Shown here piece by piece: positions 37,438-49,704 of a stretch of DNA of 64,000 bases. Every line of letters begins with the position of its first letter. The first letter of the stretch is position 1. The stretch lies in the NCBI GenBank assembly GCA_904063045.1, contig CAJFCJ010000003.1, forward strand, positions 992,001-1,056,000, in the 5' to 3' direction. The position numbers and the translations under genes are program-made. Under the pieces are notes generated by a model that searched no databases, had not been told where the DNA came from, and was given only the letters and a program-made list of their open reading frames with translations. Origin of the DNA: Dimorphilus gyrociliatus. Its lineage: Eukaryota > Animalia > Annelida.

Positions 37438-38966
37438 CTAGAAGAGGATTGATAGGTTATCGACACCTTGCTTCTATATTTAATATTCCAATCTTCTTAT
37501 ATTTGAATTTTAGTCCTTATTGATATGGTTTCCTTCTTTATTTAAGAGATTAAACTTACCAGATATAACAAAGAGGAGGGAAACTCTTTAGAATTAATAA
37601 TCTGTAATCTAAGTCTTTTCTTGTAGTAATTAATATAGATTTGTTTAAACATTAAGTACTAATTTATAACTATTTATTACAAAAAGAAATTAAAATGATC
37701 CTTTACCCAATATAGATATACAACAGAATGAACTAAATACAATCCAGACAGGTCCAAAAACGATCTATATTTAGCCGTCTTCACTGATACATCAAAGTCT
37801 AACAAAAAACTACTAATTTGTTTTGCAAGTTTCTGAAACACTATGAATTTCCTCGTAAAAACTTTTCTGGATTAAACAGTAATATTCTAGTTGACAATTC
37901 CCTTATTTGAAAGCCATTTATGCATATAAATCTTGTATGATTATGTATACAAGAACATAAAATAATGCATTTTATGAATAGTTTTATTATTATGAAAGAC
38001 ACGTAAAGCTGCCTATAATCTTTATGAAACGAAAAAAAAATGTTTATAGGCTTTATAAATCACTGTACGAAGTGGATAGATTGAACAGTCTTCATAGTTT
38101 TGCTTTTGTATATGGTCTTGAATCAAATGAGTAAAATATTCACCAATTAGCAGGTGATACAGCGTTCAAATCCCTATTCGTAAACTGTTTAAATACTTTG
38201 TTAAAGTTAGTATGACATTTTTGTAGATTTGCCCTTTTAGCTGATACTTTTTCCTGCAAACATTGCTGATTGCTTAGCCAATTTGCTAGTTGAAATCCTA
38301 GACGTCCTTTGCCAACATCAGTCATTTCTGGTGGACTGGCTCTACCACTTGGGCAGGCCGATGTGTTACTTGACTCAATTGATTGCAAAGACACAGAGTC
38401 CTCTTCCTTTTGTTGGTTTTGCATTTCATGACGATTTCGAAATCTATAGACGTCTTCAAAGCTGAAACTGAATTAACAGAATAATTATTAACAACACTTT
38501 ATAGTAACATACAATATATAAAGAAGAGTTTACTTTCAAAAATCCTTTGTACTTGTTTTTTACAAGTAATATAAATAAAAAAATAAAAAAAGAACTATAA
38601 AAAAAAACTTGATAGAACAGAATAATTGTTTTTTTCAAAAATCGAAGCATAAGAGATAAGTTAGGTTAAAAAACAGAAATATACAAGAGATAATTGTCTA
38701 GTTTTAGACTTATTTAGGTCAGTACATGCTTAATATTAGATGTAAACAATGGAATATTTAAAGAGCTTTCAAAAGATATATCCTAACGGAAAAGAAACTT
38801 ACTGGTTTCGTCGGAGCGGTGGCGGTTTTGATGTTGAGTTTTCAGTAGCTTTTACTACTTCTGTGTTTCCCTCTTTCATTTTTGATTTAAATGTGTTTCT
38901 TCTTTTCTCTTTATTCTGCAGGATATTTCTACTTTTATAGGAAGATATTCTGTTGGATGTCGCCAT
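37438..38966 (-). CDS. Uncharacterised multi-exon protein, ~160-230 aa. Exon 1 is 38803..38966 and exon 2 starts at 38461; likely further exons at 38069..38116, 37741..37832, 37560..37608 and 37438..37473
   Basis: ATG at 38966 gives MATSNRISSYKSRNILQNKEKRR..KPPPLRRN, then a GTAAGT donor (phase 2) that joins in frame to a TTTCAG acceptor at 38462 (HFEDVYRFRNRHEMQNQ..GRLGFQLANWL). Downstream phase-compatible exons give KLAKQISSFLLDFDV..RSFLDLSG|LLQIINSKEFPSSLLYL|KQGVDNLSILF*. The 3' exon structure is uncertain and no family is recognised. Confidence 0.62.
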
Positions 38967-39683
38967 TTATTTTAAAAAAATCAGGATAGCGCGTCTTTAA
39001 ATAGTAAATCTTGTTAATATTACCTTTATTCGAAGGGTTTTAAAAACCGCAAACTCCTTGAACACCCATTTTAATACAGTCTGTTGGCAAGCACGATTAC
39101 GAATAATCTGTTATTGATAAGAAAGTTTAGAACTCACGATTTTTATGTCGTACAACCTATAGAGGACTGACTATAAAATAACTTTCAAAATGGCAACCAT
39201 ATTGAACATTATTAGAAAATTAAACATGGATCCAATCTCAAGATTATTAAGAAGCGACGATTGGTTATTAAATAGCACGTGATCGTCTGTTAATAAAAAA
39301 AAGGCAAAATCCGCCAGATGGCGAACATATTATGAACAGTCCTGAACGATTTGCATGAGTTAATTCTGAATTTATGAGAATCAAGATCAAAGAATTATTA
39401 TTTATTTTTGTGAAGATAACTTGGATCAAAATTTTCTGCAGAGATAAACCTTGACAACTTTTATTCAGGTAATAACTTTTCTTAAAGAACATGACCCGCC
39501 TCAGTGACTCACATTAATGACTGAAATATTTCCTTTAATCGCCAGATTAAAACCAAGGAATCAACTGTTTAAAAACCCCTACTTGAATATATATATATGA
39601 ACTGTGATATATAAGAAGAATTCTCATTTTGTGAAATTAATCATTCGGGCGATAAAAGGAATTTTTAAGGAAGAAGCCAAGTT

Positions 39684-42600
39684 ATGCCCCTTAAAGTTCC
39701 TATTTTTTCACCTAAAAAGCGTCGGGAAAAAAACCAACAGGAAAAGAGTCAAATAGTCACAAGTGTTCAATTACAAGGTTCACATATGGATGTAAACTCT
39801 GTTCGAATGTCGAATCCAAAATTCGAAAAAATTGACATAGGCGACGCCCCCGTTTCCAATGCTGAAGACTCAAAACTAAAGCATAAAGATTCTGTATTAA
39901 GATCGCCAGTCTTGAGTTTAAGACAAGCGTTAAATAAAAAACGTGGTCCTCAACAACCATTAAGAAAGAGGGATAGTGCCGAACCAATATTACATTTTGG
40001 TGACCGATTCGACGATTTTACTGTAAAACGTCAAAGTGATCAAAGTTCTCAAAGCAGTAATATCTATGACAATGGTGATTCCGATTGTGATACTTTAAAT
40101 GATAGTTCAGGAAGTATAAATCTGTAAGTACAATATTAGATTTATCATTTTAACGACATATTTATGATTCTTTCGATATTTTCTACCATAAAAAACCAAA
40201 CCATAATAGTTATTTTTAATAAAATTAAGCTATATATAAAGAATTTAAACTATATAATCAATAAACAAAACGTGATACATCTTGTAGAATTTTTAGTATA
40301 GGAAAAAGTCTACATTTTCCCATTTAATATTCTATATATCTTATAACAATATCCTTGCTGTTAATTTCCTTATCTATTAGTAGATTTTATTAATAATTTC
40401 CTTTTTTTGACATATTGTAAAATTTTTATATCATAATAAGAGAATTATACAAAGAAAATAGTTGTTGAAATTAGTCCTATATACAGTAAATAAAGTATAT
40501 ATATTAAATTATTATGATATTTTTTTTTGTCTCTTTTAAAACAAAAATTAACCGCCAAAAACAAAATAAAAACATTAATGTTAAAAGAAGGAATTCTTCG
40601 AAAAGTGAAAGGTAAATAATAATTTTTGTTAATTTAATTAATTAATTAAATTAATATGCACAATTTATTATTATTATTAATTGTTACCTTTATTCCTTAT
40701 TGAATTTCCCTCTTTATCTTATTGTTTGTGTGTTGTGTGTGTGTGTGTGTGTGTTTTTGTATTTGTTAATTTTATTAAAGAGTTTATAGTTTTTATTATT
40801 CTATTCTGTTTGATAATGTTAATAATATCTAATTATTCCAATTTATTTTGACTTTTATGTATTTTAAATTATATACAGTATAAATTTAATTAATGCATGT
40901 ATTTAGATCAAGCACAGTTGCTATATTTATATACATTTCTAATTTTTTCCCTTCCCTATAGAACAAAAGAAATACAAAGATCTATTGAATGTCTTGATCA
41001 AATATTAGCTGAATTTAGCGACGGAGAGGAAGGTTCGATGGAATAAAATATTTTTTATTTAATTATCTGTATAGAATGTTTTCTTTTTCCTTTATAGAAC
41101 TTCCTCCACAACCTCCAGTTGCTCCAAGTCGAAAGAGGAATAGTGCGGTATGTTATTCTTTTACTCTTTTTTATTTTAATATAAAAGATTCCATGTGTTT
41201 GCACTAAACTAACCGTAAAGTTGGCATCGTCATTTTGTTAACTTTGACCGACTTTGGGGTTTTTTTTTCCCGCAAAGTCAATTTTGTGTGTATATCACTA
41301 TTTATTCAATAAATATAAAAGTTTTGATAGTAGGCGCCATCTTCTGTCGAAAACGTACAAGATATTTAACAATTGATCTATTTGAATTCTCTGCAAAGAA
41401 ATATTTTATAGGTTAATTTATTTCTGATTATAGCCAACCTTCCCCTATTTCAATACGTTCACCTTGTAATTCAATTGTAAATGTAATAGTTAGTATTTGA
41501 GCAATTCTATGGAATTACTGAACGTAATATTAAGAAAAGGTTTAACCTACTATCTAGTAAGATTCTATGGGAGTGACTAGGCGAGGGAGGAGGATCGATA
41601 GTTATTAGTATAAAAGATATATACTCATTTCAAATCCTGCTTTCAGTCGTGTTTCGTTTATGATAAATTACTCTCTACCCTCATATTTCCGTCTTGTTCG
41701 CTTGATTTTTTTTAAGGAAAAGCTAGGCCTTTAGCATACTGCTGGAGATCCGTGTTTATATTTAAGTAGCGCTATAGTGATATTCGTAAGCGCTTGTTTT
41801 AGTTGGTACTATTGGAAGGAAGTCTGATACAGCTTAGCTATTTGGCCGGTGTATATATATATATATATATATATTCAATATTGAAATCACCTTTTATGAA
41901 TATTTTTGAGTGAATAACATTTATAATAAAGTAGAAGGTGTAACAGTTTGGTGTCAGTCATGCCAGGGAAGAGAAAAAGAAGAAAGGTTAAACGAAAGCC
42001 TTCGGCTACGATGCCAGTTATTGGTAGCCGATTACCTTTTCGTCCAATGAGTCTATTTCAAAGAAATGGCTCTATAAGGAAAAAGACGACTCTTGATCAG
42101 CGTAAACACGACCTCCAGTCTGCTCTTCTTAACGGCGGAAGGGTATTTAAGCCTAGCTTTTTACAGTCGAACGACAATATTGTTAACCAATTCGATTTGG
42201 ATGAAATGCGCCAATGGATGGAATCCAACAAGGTAGTTTCTATTACTTTTCCTTGAGAAACTTACCAACATGTTCTGCTAATTAGGTTATATAGGAACTT
42301 GATCAGAGACTGATAAGTAGTTTTCCATGTCTCAAATATTTTCTTACCGAAATCGTTTTTGTTATTATTCTTAAAGAGTTGTATTAGTTAGATATTCTGT
42401 ACAAAGCTGTACTCTCAGATAATTATATTTCCTTAATGGGAAATCTACTTAAAATCCTACTATAGTTCATTTATATTACGTATACAATATCGCAACTATT
42501 TTAAGAAAAGTTTTATATATGAAGAAGAAGAAAAAAATACAAGTATATACGCTTTCATGCTTATCCAGATGATCTCAAAAGGCCTGAATTTTCATTTGAA

Positions 42601-45600
42601 AGGCTCCAAGTTTGTTTTATAACAAATGTGGGTTAAAAGTGGTGAAATGTGGTAGAAATATGGCGTTGAATAGCGGAGAAAGGGGCGATTTTCGATTTTT
42701 ATCTGGGCCGTTAGTGACGTCACCATAGCAACGCATCTGGCGCTGTTTCTTTTTGCAGTTGGATAGCGCTTTTCCCTTGTTTCATACCAGTAGATTTTCG
42801 CGTATACTTTATCGATTTTTTTCCCGGTCTCTTTCTTTGTTTATTGTCACTTTTCCGTCAGTATTAAATATCAGATTGGTGCTGATTCCCATGCAAAGGG
42901 CCATAAAATTCTTATTAAAGAATTTCTGATTTTCTTTTACCAATTTTTATCGAGTAAAGCAGCGAATCGATCGGCTCTTTGTATGTACTCCATTTTGTGG
43001 CAGTGATCAACTCTAAAAAAGGATTTTTTTGCGGTAAAATGATGGTAAACAATTTTTTTTTGCAGTTCAATTCGATCAAACTTATATTGGGGAATTTATT
43101 TAAATTTCTTTTGTATTATTATAAATAGATCATGTATGAGATATTAACAAATATTCATTTTATTTATTTATATACAGTCGATTGCTAAAATGAAAAGGAA
43201 TGCCGGCCCTATACCAGTATCGACCCCGGTTGTACCAGGAGTACGTAAAGTTTTCATTTTTCCTATATATAATAATGTATAGATTTTTAAATATCTTAAA
43301 GTACCTCTCTTGTAAATTTATCTACATTTTAGATGGGAAATGAACATTGTTTTTTTTTTTTCATACTATATTTACACAAGAAAGGACAACAGTATATTTT
43401 CTTTTATAGATTTTATTCCTATATTTTAATGCATCTTTAAATATTAATAATAAGTTGTAGTGTACAAACAATAGCAGTTCTTGTATTGAAGTCTATAACT
43501 GTTTTATACTACATTCAATATATGTCGTTTTGTTTTTTTTGCCCCCTTTCTTATTAAAATAATATAGAAACACTCGAGGAGAAGATAATAAGCAAAGAAA
43601 CAAGGATTCATTTAGATTCTACACCTAAATTAGTTTCATCAACAAGAAAGAATCCAACTCATTACCTTCACATAGAATTTTATTTTCCAATAATATTGGA
43701 ATAGTCTTCTACTGAGAGAAATATAGAAAGATTATTTATTCGCAAAAATAGTAAAATAATAAGAAAATATGTACAAAGTTTTCAGACTGTTTTATTTTCA
43801 TCTTTGCTATGAAAAAACAAATATTTGCCCTATTTTCGAATGATATGTATAATATATCTATGTTATCTTGAAAATTACCTATTTCAGACTAGATTAGATG
43901 TAATATAGGAAGGGATCTAAGTTTGAATATATTAAACTTGTATATAGGACTATATACCAAGGGTATCATTTTCAAATGAAAATTTATCACTTGAGAAGCA
44001 TTTTGTATACTGAATTAATAATATAACATAAATTGTTGAAGTTAAGTTACATATAACACTTGAAATCTGATGATTTATATATTAATTGTCTGTATAAGAT
44101 ATAAATTAAAACAAATTGTTTCCGACAGGTGCCACCGGAATCAGGATATACAACACGTGAAGGTTCCGTGTCAAGTCACGTCGCCCAAAGTCTTGGATCT
44201 GAATTTGATACTTTAACATTGTCCTCCCAAGGTTCTTTTCGTGAAGAGAATACACTAAATTACACCTATAGCACTGCAGAATGCGACTTCGAACCTATCC
44301 CGGAGCCACCGAAAAGTTCCGAGCCTACTGAATTTTTTTCAATTGTACCACCACCTCCGCCTCCCCAATCGGTTCCGGCGGTACCACCGCCTCGAAAAAA
44401 CGGTATACAAGGAAAAGTTGACCAACCCAAAGCATCTGATCCCGTAGATTCCTCCCAATCACATAAAACGACAGAAAAGTCAACAAACGGAAGATATCCT
44501 CCACCTCCAGAATCGACTATATCAGATTCCAGTCGTTATCAAACAATCTCTATAGGAGATGGTTCTGATATTTATGAAACAATAGATGAAAGTAAAATGG
44601 CAAACATTTATAATCTAAATACCAATGGTTCAATGCCTACTGGGGAAATGTTCATTGAAACCGTGCCCGCTCCACCATCAATAAATGAAGTTCTTCATGT
44701 ACCAATAGTGCCACCTCCTCCCCCTTCAAATGATCTAGAAATTGAATCTCGTTCAAAGGGACACGTGGATTACTCGGAACCGTTTAGAGCAATCCCTTCT
44801 CCTAGTTCAACAGATCTGATACCATCAGGGGTTCCTCCACCACCGGAATCAGGAGATAAAATTTCATCCCCACAACTTGCTCCCCGAGGAGCACCAGCGA
44901 TTCCGGATCCTCCAATTGCTCCAGCACCTCCACCTCCACCACAGGGAGTTGCCCCGGATCCACCTTTTACTTCAGAGACACCATCCTTGCATGAGTTACC
45001 ACCACCGCCACCAGTGCACACTTCAAATCTTAAATTACAAATAGGCAGTTCCAGTAAGCCTCCTACAATGCAACGACAAACTGAACCTGTCGTTTCCAAG
45101 GCTGTGGCTCCACTAAAAATACCAACACCACCACCTATTAGAGACAATTTTAATTCATCATCACATACAATAAATGAAGAAAATTTACCTACAGTTCCAC
45201 CCCCTCCACCAATCGAAAAATTTGCACAATTACGGAAAACAGATGATCAACTGCTACAAGCTACTAATTCTTCACCTTCCGTTAATCCAAAAACTGAATT
45301 ATTACAAGCTATTAATAGATTCCAAGAGGATAAAACAGTCTCGAGAGCTCCTAAGCAAATTGTATTAAATAGAGAAACGTCTGAATCGGAGACCGTGCCT
45401 AAAAGGCCAGCCCCTCCCCCAACAATGCCTAGATTAAATGCTACATTATCTTCAACTGTTCAATCTAATCAATCGTCGGGTATAGAAGTTCCCCGAAAAA
45501 GAAGTGTTACAGACATTGTCAAGTCTCTTGGAAATGAGAGAAAAAGCGAAGATCTTCCACCGCCCCCTCCTCCTCTCGCTCCTCTTGATTCTTTTGAATA

Positions 45601-48600
45601 CGCTTCATTGGACAATATACCTCCTCCACCCCCAGTTGGCGGTGTTTCTGATAAAGCAATACCGATTGCCCCACCCCCACCCCCACTTTCTTTAACACTT
45701 CCTACTGATTCATCCAAAAGAGGGCCACCGACTAAACCGAAAATGGCTCCACCTACAGCCAGTAAGTTTGAAATTGTTTTTATTTCCTTCTTACTTATTT
45801 AAGGCTAGGAAAATACCTTTATGACCATATGTTATACATGTTTAGATGCAGTTTACTGCAATAATCGAAACTTCTTTAGCTTGTAATTCAGTTAAAATTC
45901 TTAAATATCTAAATAATCAATTCGTATGGTTAAAATTAGAGAAAATGGAAAAAAGTAAACCAATTTCTAGAACTGTTTCTAGCCTAAAAAATAAATAAGG
46001 AAAGGAGTACGTTAAATAAATTTAATTAAATGGAGGAGGTCAATTTCTGTCGGCTAATAAAGAGCCATGCTGTAATTATGGGTAAAAAAAAGCTTTTTAC
46101 AGTTGCACTCCGTTCGATAGTCAAAAATTAAATATAAAACGTGTTAGATGTAAAACGGCAGGGCATTTTAATTATCGAATTATCGATTTAGTTTAGATCA
46201 ATCCGTTAAATGTAAACATTTGGCGAGCTTGTCTCAATGAGGTTTGTAGTTTGATCATTTTTAGCCTATATACCTTAAAACTAGAGTAATATCATCAAAC
46301 TTTGATAAATCACGAATCGTCTTCATACTTTTTATCTCTTTTATCATTTTTATCAAATTGGAGACGATTCAAGGAGAAGAACTTATATTATGACATTTTA
46401 CGGAGGTCCTTACCCCGGAAGTATTCGTATGTTGATTACTAAACATCGATTCCCCAAAGCTCGACAGATGCCGATTTTTTTATTTAATCTGATTTTTATT
46501 AGCATAATCGATAGGTTTCTTTCTCTTAAAAAATTTTCCAGTTGTTACGATTACTTTTTATGCGCTGTTGTTATTTTGCTCCTCATTTTACCTTTTGCAG
46601 ATAAACCGCAAAAGACGCAACCTGCGGTTGAGCACGCTGAATTACTCAACCAAATTCACCAAGGCCTTTCATTGAAACCAACTAAGTTTGGTTCTAAGAT
46701 ACGAACAGGTAAGAGAACACCTACTATTACTCTATCTATAAGAATTCCTACTTGTTCATTAGCTTAGTGGTATTTTTTTTTTTTTTTGTTTGTTTTCTTT
46801 AGAAAAAAAAATATATATATTAAGAATGTAAGCCTATCTTTTATAAAAAAAAGAGTTATGTATCTGTATGTATAAATGTATACTTATCTCTTTATCTATC
46901 TACATATATTGTGTATATATCATTATAGCTATTGTAGATGAATTTTTAGCGGTAGTCAAATGTAATCGATCTTAAAAAGAGAAACTTTTACAGTTAACAT
47001 TAACGTCTTTTCCCTCTTTCATTATAATAAGTAGTGTATATTAATTTAGAACGATGCTTTTTATATTATATTGTCTGTTATAAGTCGAAAAACGAAATGC
47101 TTATCAAGTATAGCTAATTCTGCCTTTAATTAATCGATCATATATGTAAAATAGCTATTATAACGAAAAATTGTCATACTTATAGATTGTATACATATTT
47201 TACTGTATACACGTATGCTTATCCTTAAAAAATGCCAAAGATTTATAGTAGAAGAACAAAAGTTAATGCCGTGTTTCTTTTAAGTGGTTGAAAAGCTAAA
47301 GCATTTTTATGTAGTTATAAAACGTGCTTGGGAAAGTTAAAATACGACAAGTAATTATTCGTAACTATTATAAAGATAAAGCATGTACAAGCATCTAGTT
47401 ATATAAAGTTAACAATAGGATTTATTTATTCGAACAGAAGAACACCAAAACGGTCAGGACACGCCAATCTTTTCTCCTGAGGAAATTGCACAACCTGTTC
47501 CAAAATCTTCTCCTCCACCCACGTCTACTAAACCTAAAAAAGGTATGTTTGTTGAAATGATTAAATTTAATTAAAATCATCTTATGGACTTAATATGTAA
47601 AATCCTATTAATCTCATCCCTAAGATTAATTAGAAAGCATTTTAACGGTTTTCACAAACATTTTAGGCAATACTTTGAAGTAGTAATTTTCCCACATAAA
47701 ACCACTATTTGTACGTATGTACAGTAAATATAGTATCTAATGAAATATTACATGTAGGTATTTATTTACACTTACGTATGTGAAATTTGCTTAGTTCTTA
47801 ACTAGTTTCAATACTAAATAAGATGATTCACAAATTTTTACTATAAATAGTAGATTATCGAAATTGTTAGTTGCATTGAAATAACACTATATACAAGTTA
47901 TATTTCCTTAGCTATAAGGTGAATGGCTTTAGGAAAAGCATCCAATAACCGTGTCATGTCTTTCTATACAATGTTTTAATTTGTGTTCAACTGTAACATT
48001 TATACATGATATTTTCAATCTTTTTCTGTATAAAATAGCGTATGAATATAACGATGGCATTCGTTTCTTGACATCGTGTTGTAATTTATATTCTGTTTGT
48101 CACGCCTGTTTTGACTTGCCATATACCTGTACGTCAGCATGAGTATCGGTAAGCATTCTGTTTATATGTTTGGATTTTTATCTAAACCAATTTGTTTTTG
48201 TTTTAATTGAAATATTTCAACAATATGGATTAAATTGTACACTTTTTTATTTTATCTACTATTGAAACAGCCATCAATTTTAGTCATTGCCAACCTAGAC
48301 CTATTTGTCTGTATGAGAGACGAGAGAAGAACGCTGTATTAAAACTTGTCAATAGTCAGTTCGAAGAGGGAGAAGAAGATACAGAAAGCACCGTTGAAGA
48401 GGAAAGTTATCATTGGCAAACAGAGGACGATTTGATAGATTATTGTAATATTCTATTGATGTCTATCTGATGTATTATCTGTCGTATGTCAATGTCTTCA
48501 ATCTAGTATTTAGGGAGAATCACGTTAAAAATTATAGTGCTTAAATCTATGTTTAGTTTGATATCTATTTACTTTGGATTTACGTCATCAAAAGATACCT

Positions 48601-49704
48601 TAAAATCTACTATGCAAAGATTGTATAGCGTCGAAAATCGGAAAAGTTTACTTAAAAGCAAGCGTTTTTTCTTGTAGAAAACTTCTAATTTTAATCAAAT
48701 TTTTATCGAATTCTAATAGAATTTAGTTAATTTGATTTTAATGAAGGGTTAATTTCCGCTATTGAAGTTTAGATATTAAAACGGTTCATCAAATAATCAA
48801 GTCATCTCACGATTTTCTGTATTATGTTTTTTAAAAAAAAACAAAAGAAAACAAAAAAAGCATTAGATAGGAAAAAATATCAAATTATGCCAATTTTTTG
48901 TTGATTATTATATCGTCTGCTTTAATTTCCTATGGTTTAATGATTTTTCTATATTTATTTTTATGTGTTTCCTAAAAAGCTTCGACTACTACACCTACAC
49001 TATCGCCTACTCCTACAACTACAACTATGCCATCGTATAGTGACGAATTCGTCTTCGGTAAGCTTAATATTTTTTCCACTTTTTATCACTATTATTATAC
49101 TTTAACCTTGGAAATGTCTTATTTTTTATTTGATAGATCCAACTACTTGTCCAAATTACCAACCAATTCCTGATAATTGTCCAGAATGGAAACGTTCCAT
49201 GCTCGAGGACAAGAACAAGAAATTGTACGAAGATGCTAAAGTGAGTAGTTTCGATTTTTATCTGCAATTAATTTACAGTTTATTTATTATTTAAACCCTT
49301 TCTCCTTCTTTTAAACCAGGAATTAATTTAATAAGTAAAAAAAAAATAAATTTTACCTACAGGCCCGATGGGAAACTGCTAGGGCTGAGGAGGAAAGATG
49401 GAGAGATGTTCCGGCTTGGAAGAAAAATTTAATTAAGCATCAAGAACAAAGAAAGAAAGTTGAAAATGTAAAATAACTATATTATTTGTAGTCATATGTC
49501 AATCTATATATATATCATATATAACCGTAGAGAAATACTTTGCTTTAAAAACATACAAATTTCTAGATATAAATTACTTTTCAACCTGTTTAGGCACCAG
49601 CTGAAGTGGAAAGACAAAAGCACGAAGCTGAAATGGAACGACTGAATAAGTTACCGGATTGGAAGAAAAATTTAATTTTAAAGAAAAGAGGAGAAATTGA
49701 TTAA
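39684..49704 (+). CDS. Proline-rich WH2 actin regulator with espin/forked-like C-terminal PxW repeats, ~955 aa; join(39684..40123,40962..41032,41098..41147,43178..43240,44129..45761,46601..46708,47438..47542,48980..49057,49137..49240,49363..49467,49594..49704)
   Basis: Eleven GT-AG exons with compatible phases sum to 2868 nt. Long polyproline exon; WH2 motif HAELLNQIHQGLSLKPT. C-terminal repeats CPEWKRSML, VPAWKKNLI and LPDWKKNLILKKRGEID resemble the espin actin-bundling module as I recall it (..PAW..; ..PWQRQVILKKGD). The gene model is well supported; the espin-like label is tentative. Confidence 0.78.
40734..40754. repeat. (TG)n microsatellite in an intron
   Basis: Seen directly. Confidence 0.9.
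41960..42232 (+). CDS. Probable alternative first coding exon of the WH2 gene (91 aa, MPGKRKRRKVKRK..WMESNK)
   Basis: Open from ATG 41960 to AAG|GTAGTT, phase 0, matching the acceptor at 43178. No in-frame acceptor was found that would make it an internal exon after 41147. Confidence 0.65.
42715..42732. promoter_or_regulatory. Overlapping CRE (TGACGTCA) and RFX X-box (GTCACCATAGCAAC)
   Basis: 42719..42732 fits the 14-bp X-box consensus GTHNYY-AT-RRNAAC exactly; 42715..42722 is a perfect CRE palindrome. Both lie in a CpG-enriched intronic patch. Confidence 0.55.
48271..48470 (+). CDS. Probable alternative terminal exon of the WH2 gene (acidic, Trp-containing)
   Basis: Polypyrimidine..CAG acceptor, phase 1 like the donor at 47543. 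Open for 66 codons: AINFSHCQPRPICLYERREKNAVLKLVNSQFEEGEEDTESTVEEESYHWQTEDDLIDYCNILLMSI*. Confidence 0.6.

Noticed and set aside
43568-43705. Possible extra exon after TAG at 43567 in the WH2 gene
   Set aside because: Open only with an alternative phase-1 donor at 43245 and has no convincing 3' donor; the 43240-44129 junction already keeps the frame.
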